A stretch of 64,000 nucleotides of DNA from a virus: positions 1-64,000 of the IMG/VR virus record IMGVR_UViG_3300043313_001352. One strand, 5' to 3'. Of this stretch, positions 1-9,460 are shown one piece after another. The stretch's first letter is position 1; every line of letters starts with the position of its first letter. The notes beneath the pieces were generated by a model that had not been told where the DNA came from, made no database searches, and worked only from the letters and a program-made list of their open reading frames with translations. Both the position numbers and the translations under genes were made by a program.

Positions 1-826
1 CCTCGATCGGGGGCTCGGGTTCGCCGACCATCGCGGGGTCGGGCTCGGCGGGCATCGCCGAGGCGGAGAGGCCATCAGGGATGAACATGGCGCCCGCGTT
101 CAGCCGGGACTGGGCGGTGGCCCGCGCGGCGTGGCTGAACAGCAGCAGATCCTCACAGGGCTGCAGCACGCCGATCATCGAGGAGTCGGCCTGCTGGCTC
201 CAGCGGGGGTGACTGCGCCAGATCCGACCGACAAACGCGGTCGGCGGCAGTTCGATGTACTCGTGCTGGCGGGCGTCCATCCGCTGCTTGAGCCGGACCT
301 TGCCGTCCGGGGAGACGATCACCTCGTCCACGCTCTTGATGTCCCAGGTTTCCGGCTCCCCACTGCCGAGCCGCTCGGGTACCTGGACCAAGTAGCACTC
401 CCCGGCCACGCACAGGTTCAACGCTGCGTCGCGGAGCAAGGTGGCCTGGCTGCCGGTGGTGCTGATGATCCGGTTGAGCACCGCTCGGCAGTCGTCAACG
501 TACTCCTGCGGCAGGGTCCCGTCCTCGATCAGGTTCTCCAGCTGGACCGGGGGCTGGTGCGGGTCGACGACGAACGCGGGGTAGAGCCGAGCGCGGCCGG
601 TGACGTTGCCGAGCAGCCCGAAGGCGTACTTGATCTCGGCGATGATGTCGAAGTACTCCCAGGCCCGACGCTGCCAGACCACTTCGCTGCGACGACGCAG
701 CTGCTCGACGTCACGGGGCTCGTTGAGCTTGACCCGCTGGGCGGACGCCTGGAGCGCGCGGGGCGCGTTGAAGGGGATGATCTTGGCAGCTTCAACGGGA
801 GCGGACTCCCGGACGAAAATGCCCAC
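1..826 (-). CDS. Phage portal protein (runs off window edge)
   Basis: Not in ORF track; hand-translated from GTG at 826 (GAGGAG upstream): MGIFVRE...WQRRAWEYFDIIAEIKYAFGLLGNV...LNLCVAGECYLV...GRIWRSHPRW...RATAQSRLNAGAMFIPDGL, resembling actinophage portals; downstream of terminase. Confidence 0.75.
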   Translation of the reverse strand, partial: MGIFVRESAPVEAAKIIPFNAPRALQASAQRVKLNEPRDVEQLRRRSEVVWQRRAWEYFDIIAEIKYAFGLLGNVTGRARLYPAFVVDPHQPPVQLENLIEDGTLPQEYVDDCRAVLNRIISTTGSQATLLRDAALNLCVAGECYLVQVPERLGSGEPETWDIKSVDEVIVSPDGKVRLKQRMDARQHEYIELPPTAFVGRIWRSHPRWSQQADSSMIGVLQPCEDLLLFSHAARATAQSRLNAGAMFIPDGLSASAMPAEPDPAMVGEPEPPIE

Positions 827-954
827 GACCGCTCCTCTCAGGTCCAGGCGTCATGCGACGTAGGCCAGAGGCCCCAGCGGGTGTCCGTGAACTGTACCTC
901 TAAACAGTGTCGAACGCGCATTGTAAACACGACCGAGCAGGGACGATCAGATGA

Positions 955-1236
955 TCAGAGGTTCTCGGCAGCCAGCCCGGTAAGGGCGGAGAACGCGAGC
1001 GCAGAGGCCGCCACGTTCCAGGTGCGAGGGGCCAGCTCACGGGCCAGCGCGACCGCGCCACCGGCGTAGATCGAGACGCACCACGGGCAGGTGATCAGGT
1101 AGCCGATCTTGGTGTCCTCTGGCGGGTACCGATCCAGCAGCTTGTCCCGGACGTCGCCAAGGATCTCGTCGTCGTTGACCAGCTTGGTCAGCCGGAAGAC
1201 CGCCAGCGCGTCGACGAGCAGGCCCAGTGGCGTCAC
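955..1236 (-). CDS. DUF1360-like membrane protein
   Basis: LAVFRLTKLVNDDEI...YLITCPWCVSIY motif; GTG start overlaps upstream stop. Confidence 0.7.
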   Translation of the reverse strand: MTPLGLLVDALAVFRLTKLVNDDEILGDVRDKLLDRYPPEDTKIGYLITCPWCVSIYAGGAVALARELAPRTWNVAASALAFSALTGLAAENL

Positions 1237-1583
1237 CGGGACGCCATCCGCAGCGATCGGCTGAAGGGTCGGTAGCTGCGCAGGGAGGACCCGCAACCAC
1301 ACCCGCCCGCCCGGCTGATGGTGATCTGGCCATCGGCGGTGGTGGCCACGATCTGACGCCGATCCCCGACGAGATCCTCCAGCTTCTCGTCGTAGAGCAC
1401 CCCGGCGCCGCGAGCGCCGTTCTCGACCAGGACGAGCAGCCGGTCCGCGGTGACGATGGCTCGCGCGCGGTTGTAGGGGTTGACCCCGAAGGAGAAGGTC
1501 ACCTTGGCCGGGTAGACGTCGTTGCGCACCTTGACCGGACCCTCGATCACCTCGTGGGGGTAGGGAGTTTCATTCAGCATCAC
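1233..1583 (-). CDS. Hypothetical phage protein
   Basis: Coupled ORF in packaging operon, C-terminal GCGCG. Confidence 0.65.
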   Translation of the reverse strand: MMLNETPYPHEVIEGPVKVRNDVYPAKVTFSFGVNPYNRARAIVTADRLLVLVENGARGAGVLYDEKLEDLVGDRRQIVATTADGQITISRAGGCGCGSSLRSYRPFSRSLRMASR

Positions 1584-2193
1584 CCGACCTGCTTCCTTCC
1601 GTGGTTAGCGGAACAAGTACCGCATCCACCATCGCACGGGGCAGGTACACCGCGGGAGGAACGCGCAGTCGGGTCGCCGTGGCCGAGGAGTCTCCAGCGG
1701 GTGGGGTGTCGCTTTCAGACTCCAGCCAGTCCAGGACGGTCCGGCGCTCCTCCAGCAACGGGATGCTCGGGATCATCGAGAGGTAGGCCGGACCGGCGTC
1801 CTCGGGTGGGTCGAAGACGTGCAGCCGTCGGTGCACTCCGGCGTCGGCCACCAGGGCCACGCCGGGGACCGGCTCGGTCAGCTTGGGCGCCCCGTTGAGC
1901 GAGGCCGGTGGCTTGGCCCGTTTCGGGCGACCAGTACGCGAAGTCTCCGTGGTGCTGCGCACCCGGACCCGGACGGCCTGATGGCTCAGGCCGACGATGT
2001 CGGCCAGCATGTGCAGCGGCACACCGCGGCGGTGCAGTTGTTGGAGGCGCTCTGAAAGATCGGCCGAGACTTTCCGGATCGGGCTGTGCGCGGGGACAGA
2101 CTTGTGCACTCTGCGTACCGAACGACGCAGCTCGGCGAGTTGCTCGACCTCTTCCGGCAGCACCGTGGGAATCGCAATCATGGGCTTCGGCAT
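1570..2193 (-). CDS. Putative HTH DNA-binding protein
   Basis: RGVPLHMLADIVGLSHQAVRVRV is HTH-like. Confidence 0.55.
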   Translation of the reverse strand: MPKPMIAIPTVLPEEVEQLAELRRSVRRVHKSVPAHSPIRKVSADLSERLQQLHRRGVPLHMLADIVGLSHQAVRVRVRSTTETSRTGRPKRAKPPASLNGAPKLTEPVPGVALVADAGVHRRLHVFDPPEDAGPAYLSMIPSIPLLEERRTVLDWLESESDTPPAGDSSATATRLRVPPAVYLPRAMVDAVLVPLTTEGSRSGDAE

Positions 2194-2247
2194 GGGGTCT
2201 GTGTGGTCCTCACCTTGGGCTACGGCGAGTGTACAGAGTGGGGATGG

Positions 2248-2559
2248 TTAGGGGTCCACTTCCGGCACCGGAGATTTCGTACGAGCGACGTCAGCCAGAC
2301 AGGCTGCGTAGCCTGCCACATCGAGTGCCGAATCGTAATGGCTCGGGTTGTTCGTCAACCGGGCGATCTTGAGCAGGATCATCATCTGGGCGACGTCGGC
2401 TGAGGTGATCTCCGGGGTGCGCTTGGCCGCGAGGTAGGCGTTCCAGAACCGGGCGATGTTGGCGAAGGAGTCCTCGGGCTCCTCATACGTGGTGGCCCGG
2501 TCCTTGGTGACGATCGTGGCCGCCTCCTCCAGGAGCTGTCGGCGCAGGTCAGCGTTCAT
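2248..2559 (-). CDS. DUF6378-like phage protein
   Basis: LLEEAATIVTKDRATTYEEPEDSFANIARFWNAYL...DVAQMMILLKIAR...DSALDVAGYAAC; start overlaps terminase stop. Confidence 0.8.
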   Translation of the reverse strand: MNADLRRQLLEEAATIVTKDRATTYEEPEDSFANIARFWNAYLAAKRTPEITSADVAQMMILLKIARLTNNPSHYDSALDVAGYAACLADVARTKSPVPEVDP

Positions 2560-4061
2560 AGTGGGCGGTTCACCACCGTGAATCCGGGGCTGCGGGTACC
2601 GCGGCCGAACCGTCCGTGCACGGTGCTGCGGCGAGCGGGGATCGCCGAGGGCGTCGGCCGCGGCGGGATCCGCAGCGCGGCGGGTGAGTGAGCACGGATC
2701 GAGTTGAGGTAGAGGCCATCGGGGGGCTTGATCATCAGTGCGGTGGCGCCCCAGACCATCGCGTCGAGCCGGTCCGGAGACTTGCGGTCCATCGGGGTCC
2801 ACGAGGTCAGCTGGGACTCCAGGTCCGGCCACCAGCCGAGCAGGTGGCCACGGTGCTGCTCGAAGGCCAGAGACACGGGCTCCGCCCGTGTCTGCTTGCC
2901 GTAGCGCGCCCGGACGTCGAGCACCTTGATGTTCGGGTCGATGTTGACCAGCGCCGAGCGGACCAGCGCGCCGCCCTGGTTGATCTCGGCCACCACCGGG
3001 CAGCCGTACTCGCGGGCCTTGAGCACCACCTGGGAGGCCCAGATGTTCGGGCTGCCGAGCACCGAGGCATCCTCGACGACGTAGAACTGGCGCCGGTAGA
3101 GATCCTGCTCGGTGGTCGAGGCGCAGACCAGGATGCCGCACTCGTCGGTGGGCTCCTCGGCGACGGACGGGTCGACCGCGATGACGTAGACCAGTGGAAC
3201 GTAGGGAAGGCGCTCCACCCGGTCCACGTCGAGGATCAGCTGGGTCCACAGCGCGCCCTCGACGTCTTCGAGCATCTGCCCGTCCAGCTCCTGCTTGGAG
3301 AGCCGGGTCCCGCCGAAGAGGCCGTAGATCATCCGCAGGTACTCGGGGTCGAGGTTTCCGGCGTTGGCCGCGGTGGTGTCCCGGCGCAGCACCACCGCCG
3401 GGTTCTCCTCGACCAGCTCCAGCAGCTTCTTCATCACCGGGGTGCGCTTGGGGGTGGTCAGCGCCATGATCTGCGGGCGCTGCCGGTCCTTGCCGTAGCC
3501 CCAGGGCAGACGGGCGCCAATCCGGACGTGGTCCCAGGTGGTCAGGCCCGAGGCGTCCGGAGCCTGGCGCCAGGTGGCGATCTCGTCGCACAGCGCCCAG
3601 TGCCCCTGGGGACCACGCAGCACGTCGGGCTCCTCGGCGGTGAACAAGGTGGCCTGGGAGCCGTTGGGCCAGGTGACCCGGCGCTTGGAGGACTCGTAGT
3701 GGGCGCGCTCACCGGGGCGCCCGACCTTGAGCAGGCCGGAGTCACCTTCGACCAGGACGTCACGGGTGTCGGCCGCGGTACGGGCGACCAGCAGCCCGCG
3801 CGAGCCCGGCATCGTGATCGCCTTCTCGTGCGCCCACTCGGTGCCGGTGCGGGTCTTGCCCGCACCACGACCGGCCATCATCAGCCCGATCCACCAGTTG
3901 GCTTCCTCGCGGCTGGGGAAGGTCTGGCTGGGCCGTCGCCAGAACTTCCAGTCGTACTGCAGGTCGTCGAGGTCCAGCCCCTCCAGCGCGGCCTCGCGCC
4001 CCTTGTCGTCCAGCAGCGAGATCTGCTGGGCCAGAGACATCTCTTCGGGGGCGATTGTCAC
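2556..4061 (-). CDS. terL: Terminase large subunit
   Basis: Walker A AGRGAGKT, LRGPQ..ALCDE Walker B, TTP coupling motif, RNase H-like IAVDP and SPDRLDAMVW. Confidence 0.95.
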   Translation of the reverse strand: MTIAPEEMSLAQQISLLDDKGREAALEGLDLDDLQYDWKFWRRPSQTFPSREEANWWIGLMMAGRGAGKTRTGTEWAHEKAITMPGSRGLLVARTAADTRDVLVEGDSGLLKVGRPGERAHYESSKRRVTWPNGSQATLFTAEEPDVLRGPQGHWALCDEIATWRQAPDASGLTTWDHVRIGARLPWGYGKDRQRPQIMALTTPKRTPVMKKLLELVEENPAVVLRRDTTAANAGNLDPEYLRMIYGLFGGTRLSKQELDGQMLEDVEGALWTQLILDVDRVERLPYVPLVYVIAVDPSVAEEPTDECGILVCASTTEQDLYRRQFYVVEDASVLGSPNIWASQVVLKAREYGCPVVAEINQGGALVRSALVNIDPNIKVLDVRARYGKQTRAEPVSLAFEQHRGHLLGWWPDLESQLTSWTPMDRKSPDRLDAMVWGATALMIKPPDGLYLNSIRAHSPAALRIPPRPTPSAIPARRSTVHGRFGRGTRSPGFTVVNRPL

Positions 4062-4175
4062 CGGGCGAGCGTACCTCTAACCACTGGCCCGTTTGACACT
4101 GGTGATAAGATGGTGTGAACAGATGTTGAAGATGGACGTCGGGCACAACAGCAGAGATGGAGAGACGAACAGACC

Positions 4176-4664
4176 ATGTACGAGTCTGAAACAGAGGTCG
4201 CGATGCCCTGGGTTTACAACGATGCGGGGTACCCCGGACGCACCACCAAGCGCGGTCGGCACATCCCCGGCAACCAGGTGGTCACCGCGCTGGCGATCGC
4301 CAGCGGCCAGAAGTACTGGGACGTCCTTCACGCGATCCAGCGTCGGCAGATCAACTACGTGCGCGGCCTGCGGCACGGCCGGATCAAGGAGGCGGGCTCC
4401 GCGATCAGCGATGTCGGGGTGTGGCCCGAGGTGAGCAAGGGGTACCTGCGCGAGCTGGGCTGGACCTGGACGCCGACCATGTCGGTCGGCTCCGGGGTGA
4501 CGGTGCATCTCGCCTACGACGAGCTACCGGACGAGCCGGTGCTGGTGTGCAGCGTCAGCAAGAGCCTGGTCACGGTGTTCCACGGCGTGGTCCAGGCGCC
4601 CCACGACCCAAGCCGCGACGGGACCCGCGCGGTCTACGGCTACTGGACACCGCCGCGGGGATGA
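4176..4664 (+). CDS. Conserved hypothetical phage protein
   Basis: WTWTPTM..GSG..VHL...DPSRDGTRAVYGYW; start may be 4203. Confidence 0.65.
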   Translation: MYESETEVAMPWVYNDAGYPGRTTKRGRHIPGNQVVTALAIASGQKYWDVLHAIQRRQINYVRGLRHGRIKEAGSAISDVGVWPEVSKGYLRELGWTWTPTMSVGSGVTVHLAYDELPDEPVLVCSVSKSLVTVFHGVVQAPHDPSRDGTRAVYGYWTPPRG

Positions 4665-4737
4665 CGTGCCTTCCACAGTGGTGTTAGATCAGACCTCACA
4701 GGTAATGACGAAGCGACCGCGGACGGTGGGACAGCAG

Positions 4738-5040
4738 GTGAGTGACCGGGCAGTGCTGAAGTGGCCGGTGGCTGTCGACGATCGGGTGCACCGGGTCGGT
4801 GGCGGGCCGGTGGTGCACGTGGACTGCCAGAACCCGCACGACCCGAGCGTGGTCACGATCTGGACGATCGAGCCCCGCTACGCCCAGCCCGAACCCAAGC
4901 GTCGGGTACAGGTCTTCGGTACCGGACAACCGCTGCCGTTCTTCGCCGAGCACCTCGGCACCGCGGTGGCCGCTGATGGGCAACTGGTCTGGCACGCGTT
5001 CCAGCTGCCGGACCCCAGGAAAGACGACGAGAGTGAGTGA
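4738..5040 (+). CDS. Hypothetical phage protein
   Basis: VFGTGQP...HLGT....GQLVWH motif typical of small phage proteins. Confidence 0.6.
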   Translation: MSDRAVLKWPVAVDDRVHRVGGGPVVHVDCQNPHDPSVVTIWTIEPRYAQPEPKRRVQVFGTGQPLPFFAEHLGTAVAADGQLVWHAFQLPDPRKDDESE

Positions 5041-5341
5041 CCTGATGATGAAGAGCATCGACAAGCGCGAGGAACTGCTCGCCGCAGCCGCGGTGGGCCT
5101 CGGTGTGATGGCGCAGGGCCTGGTGAAGCTCAGCGACGTCACCCAGCACGCCGCGGTGGTGCTGGCGAAGGTGGCCGAGTCGCTGGAGGAGCAGCAGCGC
5201 GAGCAGACCGAGTCGGAGGCGCCCCCCACTCCATCCGACGGGTCGGGAACGGCATCGCCCGGCCCGTCGGGTGCTACCGGCCCCTACCCCGGCCCCACGT
5301 CGCAGCGGGCGCCGTGGGACCGGCCGACACCGCCGGTCTGA
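5033..5341 (+). CDS. Hypothetical protein
   Basis: Coupled ORF, GC3-rich. Confidence 0.55.
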   Translation: MSDLMMKSIDKREELLAAAAVGLGVMAQGLVKLSDVTQHAAVVLAKVAESLEEQQREQTESEAPPTPSDGSGTASPGPSGATGPYPGPTSQRAPWDRPTPPV

Positions 5342-5667
5342 TGGAGTCGGAGTACCGGGGGCGCTCGCTGGCCTTCATCCGGAACCTGCTGGAGTGCCCG
5401 GCCCGGTGGGGCTCGGCCAAGGACGCGGCCGAGGCCATGGCCGAGCAGCGCCGCACCGGGTACCCGATGGTGCTCGGCGCGGTCTGCTTCTACGACATGG
5501 AGCCGTGGGGTGACATCGGCCTGCACGTCGGGAACGGCGAGGTGCTGCGGATCATCCAGGGGCGCCCGCAGCTGGTGCCGGTGATGCGCGACCTGAACTA
5601 CATCGGCTGGGTCACCACCGGGGAGTTCCGGGAGGCCAGCGGCGCTGAGGCACCGGTTGTGCGCTGA
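5341..5667 (+). CDS. NlpC/P60/CHAP-like protein with substituted catalytic residues
   Basis: GRSLAFIR...GSAKDA...GAVCFY...WGDIGLHVGNGEV...YIGW matches the CHAP-like layout with Cys>Ser and His>Asp. Confidence 0.5.
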   Translation: MESEYRGRSLAFIRNLLECPARWGSAKDAAEAMAEQRRTGYPMVLGAVCFYDMEPWGDIGLHVGNGEVLRIIQGRPQLVPVMRDLNYIGWVTTGEFREASGAEAPVVR

Positions 5668-5675
5668 CGAAGTGA

Positions 5676-5728
5676 TGTGCTAACGTTTACGTTGAAGGTA
5701 AACCAACGACGTAGAGACGAGGCAGCAC
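5676..5728 (+). promoter_or_regulatory. Extended -10 promoter with overlapping inverted repeat and AACGACG leader
   Basis: TGTGC-TAACGT, GTTTAC-n7-GTAAAC, CAACGACG. Confidence 0.55.
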
Positions 5729-6529
5729 ATGTACCACAAGGGCATCGACGAGCCGGACACCGAGCCGCGCCGCAACCGGTACTGCGATCAGAAGCGGAAG
5801 ACCGCGTTCACCGAGGAGGTCGCCGAGACCGTCGTCGACGGTGACCTGTACTTCTCCCAGCGCAGCCCCGCGCACGCGCGGTTCTACGTGCCGATCGAGG
5901 CCGGTGAGCACGGGATGACCGAGGCCGGGCTGCTCTGCGTGACGCACAAGTTCGAGAAGCCGTTCCCCGATCTCAAGGGTCGCTGGAAGCCCTACGACGG
6001 CGGCGGCAACCTGGTGATCAAGCTCAACAAGGCCGACGGCGACATCACCTTCGCCGCGCTGCGCGCGATCGAGGGGGCGCTGTACGCCACGCCGCTGGGC
6101 CGCGCCGTCGGCCGCGACACCCTGCGCGGGATGGCCGAGTCGCTGTGCACCACCTTCGGCATCAACATCGACCTCGACGAGGAGCGCTCCACCTTCACCG
6201 TGGACCCGGACACCGAGAAGCGGGCCAAGGACGCCCTGCGCGACCTGCTCCGCTACGCCCCCGAGGGCGGCTACGACGAGCGCCTCGGTGAGATCGGCGC
6301 CGACGCCGACGGGGTCGGCTTCGCCGCCGACGCGGGCGAGTACACCCAGCTGATCAACGGGCACACCGACGGCTTCGGCAACGCCGACGCCGGGCAGGGC
6401 AACCCGCTGCCGTTCCTGTGCCAGCCGGTGTTCTACGCGGTGCTCGGCTACAAGGGCAACGGCCGGTCCCTCCAGGCCCGGATCAACGCGCTGATGGAGG
6501 CCGTCGGCCTCACGGACGAGGAAATCTGA
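5729..6529 (+). CDS. Hypothetical phage protein (266 aa)
   Basis: Long ORF, strong codon bias, own promoter. Confidence 0.75.
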   Translation: MYHKGIDEPDTEPRRNRYCDQKRKTAFTEEVAETVVDGDLYFSQRSPAHARFYVPIEAGEHGMTEAGLLCVTHKFEKPFPDLKGRWKPYDGGGNLVIKLNKADGDITFAALRAIEGALYATPLGRAVGRDTLRGMAESLCTTFGINIDLDEERSTFTVDPDTEKRAKDALRDLLRYAPEGGYDERLGEIGADADGVGFAADAGEYTQLINGHTDGFGNADAGQGNPLPFLCQPVFYAVLGYKGNGRSLQARINALMEAVGLTDEEI

Positions 6530-6798
6530 TGGGCGACTACCAGATCTACTTCCAGCAGACCGCCAACGAGCGCTACGACACCGACATGAACCAGCGGGTG
6601 CGCAGCCTGATCGAGGGTGCGGGAATCCCCATCGTCGAGGAGTTCGGCGGCACCGCGCTGAACGTGCCCGCCGACCAGCTGGGCTCCGAGTGCGGGTTCG
6701 TGGTGCGCACCCAGCTGGCCACGGTCACGACGATCACGGCGTCCATCACCGAGGTGCTCAACGGGCGCCCCGTCGAGTTCATGGAGGTAGACCAATGA
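6529..6798 (+). CDS. Hypothetical protein
   Basis: TGATG coupling. Confidence 0.65.
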   Translation: MGDYQIYFQQTANERYDTDMNQRVRSLIEGAGIPIVEEFGGTALNVPADQLGSECGFVVRTQLATVTTITASITEVLNGRPVEFMEVDQ

Positions 6799-7313
6799 GC
6801 GGGTTCCAGGTACTGCAGGCATCGCTGCCGATGTGGGTTCGGATGGAGCGGCACACCGGCGACGCCGTGGTCAGCCAGCGCGAGGTCAACGGCATCGCCG
6901 TCACCGAGGTGATGGGTTACCCCGAGTCCCCGGCCGACACCGAGCCGGGCACCTTCGGTGACACGCCGCCGGACCGGGTGCGCGCCAACGTGCACTTCGT
7001 GGAGATCGCCCCGAACCCGGAGTTCCCGGACCGCGAGGAGCTGATCAGCGCGGTGCGCGACGCACTCGGGGAGGGCGAGTTCGGCGTCTCCATGGGCGCC
7101 GACGACCTCGCCGGTGGCCCGTCCTTCATCGCGCTGGGCGGCTGGCTCGGCTCGCAGGATCTGGCGCTGATGCTGATCGGTGCCGTGGAGCTGGCCGGGA
7201 TCGCCCCGGCGATCACTCCGGCGGCACTGGGCATCAGCGGTGAGGGCGCGGACAACCTGGCCGGGAACGGTCTGGTCATGCTCGGTCCCTCGAAGGTCTG
7301 GGGCGAGTCGTGA
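6795..7313 (+). CDS. Hypothetical phage protein
   Basis: ATGA coupling, GGAGG upstream. Confidence 0.65.
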   Translation: MSGFQVLQASLPMWVRMERHTGDAVVSQREVNGIAVTEVMGYPESPADTEPGTFGDTPPDRVRANVHFVEIAPNPEFPDREELISAVRDALGEGEFGVSMGADDLAGGPSFIALGGWLGSQDLALMLIGAVELAGIAPAITPAALGISGEGADNLAGNGLVMLGPSKVWGES

Positions 7314-7636
7314 CCGGCTTCACCGAGGTGCTGGACACCATCAACCAGCTGACCAAGGAGATCGACGAGCTGGACAACCAGCGCTCCGGGCTGACCGGGC
7401 AGCTGGAGTACCTGGCGCACCGCTGGGACGAGCGCTACCCGCAGCCGATGATGACACCCGGTCACGAGCACCGGCTGGTCTGCAGCCGGTGCCACTTCCG
7501 CTACATGGACACCACCGAGACTTCTGTCCGCTTCGGCACCGACTGCAGCTGGTGCGGCCGAGACGCCGGGAGGGGCGTGGAGATCCAGCGCACCTGGTTC
7601 GAGCGGCAACTGCAGGACGACAAGGCGACGACGTGA
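7310..7636 (+). CDS. Hypothetical protein, coiled coil plus two CxxC
   Basis: GTGA coupling; CSRC...CSWC. Confidence 0.6.
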   Translation: MTGFTEVLDTINQLTKEIDELDNQRSGLTGQLEYLAHRWDERYPQPMMTPGHEHRLVCSRCHFRYMDTTETSVRFGTDCSWCGRDAGRGVEIQRTWFERQLQDDKATT

Positions 7637-7974
7637 CCGAGGAGCTGCCGGAGAAAAAGTACCCCGGCGAGGGTGACTGGGTGCTGGTGTGGGGACAGAT
7701 CCTGCGCCGCAAGACCCATCCCGAGGACGTGTGCGTCGAGTTCTTCAGCCACAACGAGCAGTACCACTGCGACGTGCGGATCGACCGGGTCCGGATCGTG
7801 GACGAGCAGCCGGACTTCATCACCACGTGCACCGCACTGTTCCGGTTCGCCGGAGGCGCCAACGGGCTCATCGTCCGGTGCGCGCGGCACGACCAGCACG
7901 GCGGCAAGCACCGGGACTCCGGCGGGACGCTCTACGACGACTCGCAGGTCATCGGCTACATCGAGGAGGCGTGA
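7633..7974 (+). CDS. Hypothetical protein
   Basis: GTGA coupling. Confidence 0.6.
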   Translation: MTEELPEKKYPGEGDWVLVWGQILRRKTHPEDVCVEFFSHNEQYHCDVRIDRVRIVDEQPDFITTCTALFRFAGGANGLIVRCARHDQHGGKHRDSGGTLYDDSQVIGYIEEA

Positions 7975-8189
7975 TGCCGGAGTCCAGGCTTGCGGAGGGT
8001 CAGGCGGTTCGGGCGTTCCTGCTCGGCTCCTTCCTCGGTGTGATCAACCGAGGGGACGTCCCGGTGAAGATCCGTCGCTCGGAGGAGTGGTTCGACGAGG
8101 ACGAGATCATCCAGGCGTTCTCGGTGATCACCGAGTCGGGACTCAAGTTCCGGATCAGCGTCGAGTTCGAGGGAGAGGAACCCGCATGA
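7974..8189 (+). CDS. Hypothetical protein
   Basis: TGATG coupling, GAGGAGG RBS. Confidence 0.6.
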   Translation: MPESRLAEGQAVRAFLLGSFLGVINRGDVPVKIRRSEEWFDEDEIIQAFSVITESGLKFRISVEFEGEEPA

Positions 8190-8668
8190 GCTACACAGAG
8201 GGCGTCACCGTGCTGGCAATGCGCGACGGTGACAGCGAGAAGCTGTTCGTCTACGGCGAGGGCGTCTACGTGGGTGACCGGGTGATGCCGGGGACGCCGA
8301 CCGAGGGCGTGCCGCCGGACGACTACGAGGCGATCCTTGCGGTGATGGAGGAGGACGACATCGTCCCGATCGAGGAGCACCGGTTCGTGACCTGGTACGA
8401 CGAGTTCGTCCGCGACGGGCGCCCAGTGACCAAGACCCGCGAGCAGGTGATCGCCGACATCGAGGCCCAGCGTGTTCGGCCGATGGCCGACCGGATCCGC
8501 GAGCTGTACCTGGCCAGCCGGATGAACCCGTGCATCTACCTGGACTCCGGCGACGTCGTCTACGGCTACCAGTCATGGTGGGGGCCGCTCGACCGTGTCA
8601 GCCAGCGGTTCCCCCACGCCGAGCGGATCCTGGTGCCGGTGCCCGAGGGCAACGGGAGGTGGAAGTAG
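8186..8668 (+). CDS. Hypothetical phage protein
   Basis: GEGVYVGD...NPCIYLDSGDVVYGYQSWWGP. Confidence 0.65.
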   Translation: MSYTEGVTVLAMRDGDSEKLFVYGEGVYVGDRVMPGTPTEGVPPDDYEAILAVMEEDDIVPIEEHRFVTWYDEFVRDGRPVTKTREQVIADIEAQRVRPMADRIRELYLASRMNPCIYLDSGDVVYGYQSWWGPLDRVSQRFPHAERILVPVPEGNGRWK

Positions 8669-8868
8669 TGGAGGAGATCGAGAGGCTCCAGCCCGAGCCG
8701 ACGCGGGAGGTCCCAGCGCTGCACCGGTGCCGGTGTCTGATCCCGCCGTACGACCGGTGCCCGGCGATGGTCTCGCTGGACCAGCCGGTCTGTAACGACT
8801 GCGAGCACGATCACTTCGGGGAGAACCGCGTCAGGGACGGCCACCTGGTGCCGCTGGGGCAGCCATGA
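8668..8868 (+). CDS. Small Cys-rich hypothetical protein
   Basis: Fills gap between coupled genes. Confidence 0.45.
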   Translation: MEEIERLQPEPTREVPALHRCRCLIPPYDRCPAMVSLDQPVCNDCEHDHFGENRVRDGHLVPLGQP

Positions 8869-9131
8869 CCGAGGAGATCCGGCGGGAGGCGATGGCGTGG
8901 GTGAACTCGGTGATCGCCTCGGACGAGGCCGAGGCGTGGGAGAACGCCGAGCAGTTCGTGACGCTGACCACCAACGCCGAGACCAAGAGCATCCACATCA
9001 ACGGCACCTTCGACGACGCAGTCGACGCACTGGTCTGGGCCGACGCGCACGAGAAAGACCTGAACAAGGGGATGGCCCCCGACGAGGACCCGTTCGTGGT
9101 CACCGTGCACCCGGTCGTCCCGATCACCTGA
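8865..9131 (+). CDS. Hypothetical protein
   Basis: ATGA coupling. Confidence 0.6.
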   Translation: MTEEIRREAMAWVNSVIASDEAEAWENAEQFVTLTTNAETKSIHINGTFDDAVDALVWADAHEKDLNKGMAPDEDPFVVTVHPVVPIT

Positions 9132-9160
9132 ACACCCAACGACGAGAGCAGAGCATCACC

Positions 9161-9460
9161 ATGAACATGCCGCACACACCCGAGCTGGAGAAGCAGAGCG
9201 AGATCGTGCGCTCCGGCAAGGCCCAGCTGATCCAGGAGTTCTACGACTGGCTGCACCAGGAGAAGGGCTGGGTACTGGCCCGCTGGGTGCCCACCGAGGA
9301 GCGATTCTCCGGTGACGGGATCTACGGGGAGCAGCCGGTGCCGGTCTACGTCCAGCCGGAGCAGCTGATGGCCGACTTCTTCGGCATCGACCGGGACAAG
9401 ATCGAGACCGAGCGCCGGGCGCTGCTAGAGGCCGTGCGGGAGGCGAACACCAGTGGCTGA
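9161..9460 (+). CDS. Hypothetical phage protein
   Basis: EQLMADFFGIDRDKIETERRALLE; preceded by CAACGACG leader. Confidence 0.65.
   Translation: MNMPHTPELEKQSEIVRSGKAQLIQEFYDWLHQEKGWVLARWVPTEERFSGDGIYGEQPVPVYVQPEQLMADFFGIDRDKIETERRALLEAVREANTSG

Noticed and set aside
131-1069. 312-aa plus-strand ORF
   Set aside because: Antisense shadow of the portal and DUF1360-like genes.
2688-4118. 476-aa plus-strand ORF
   Set aside because: Antisense shadow of the terminase.
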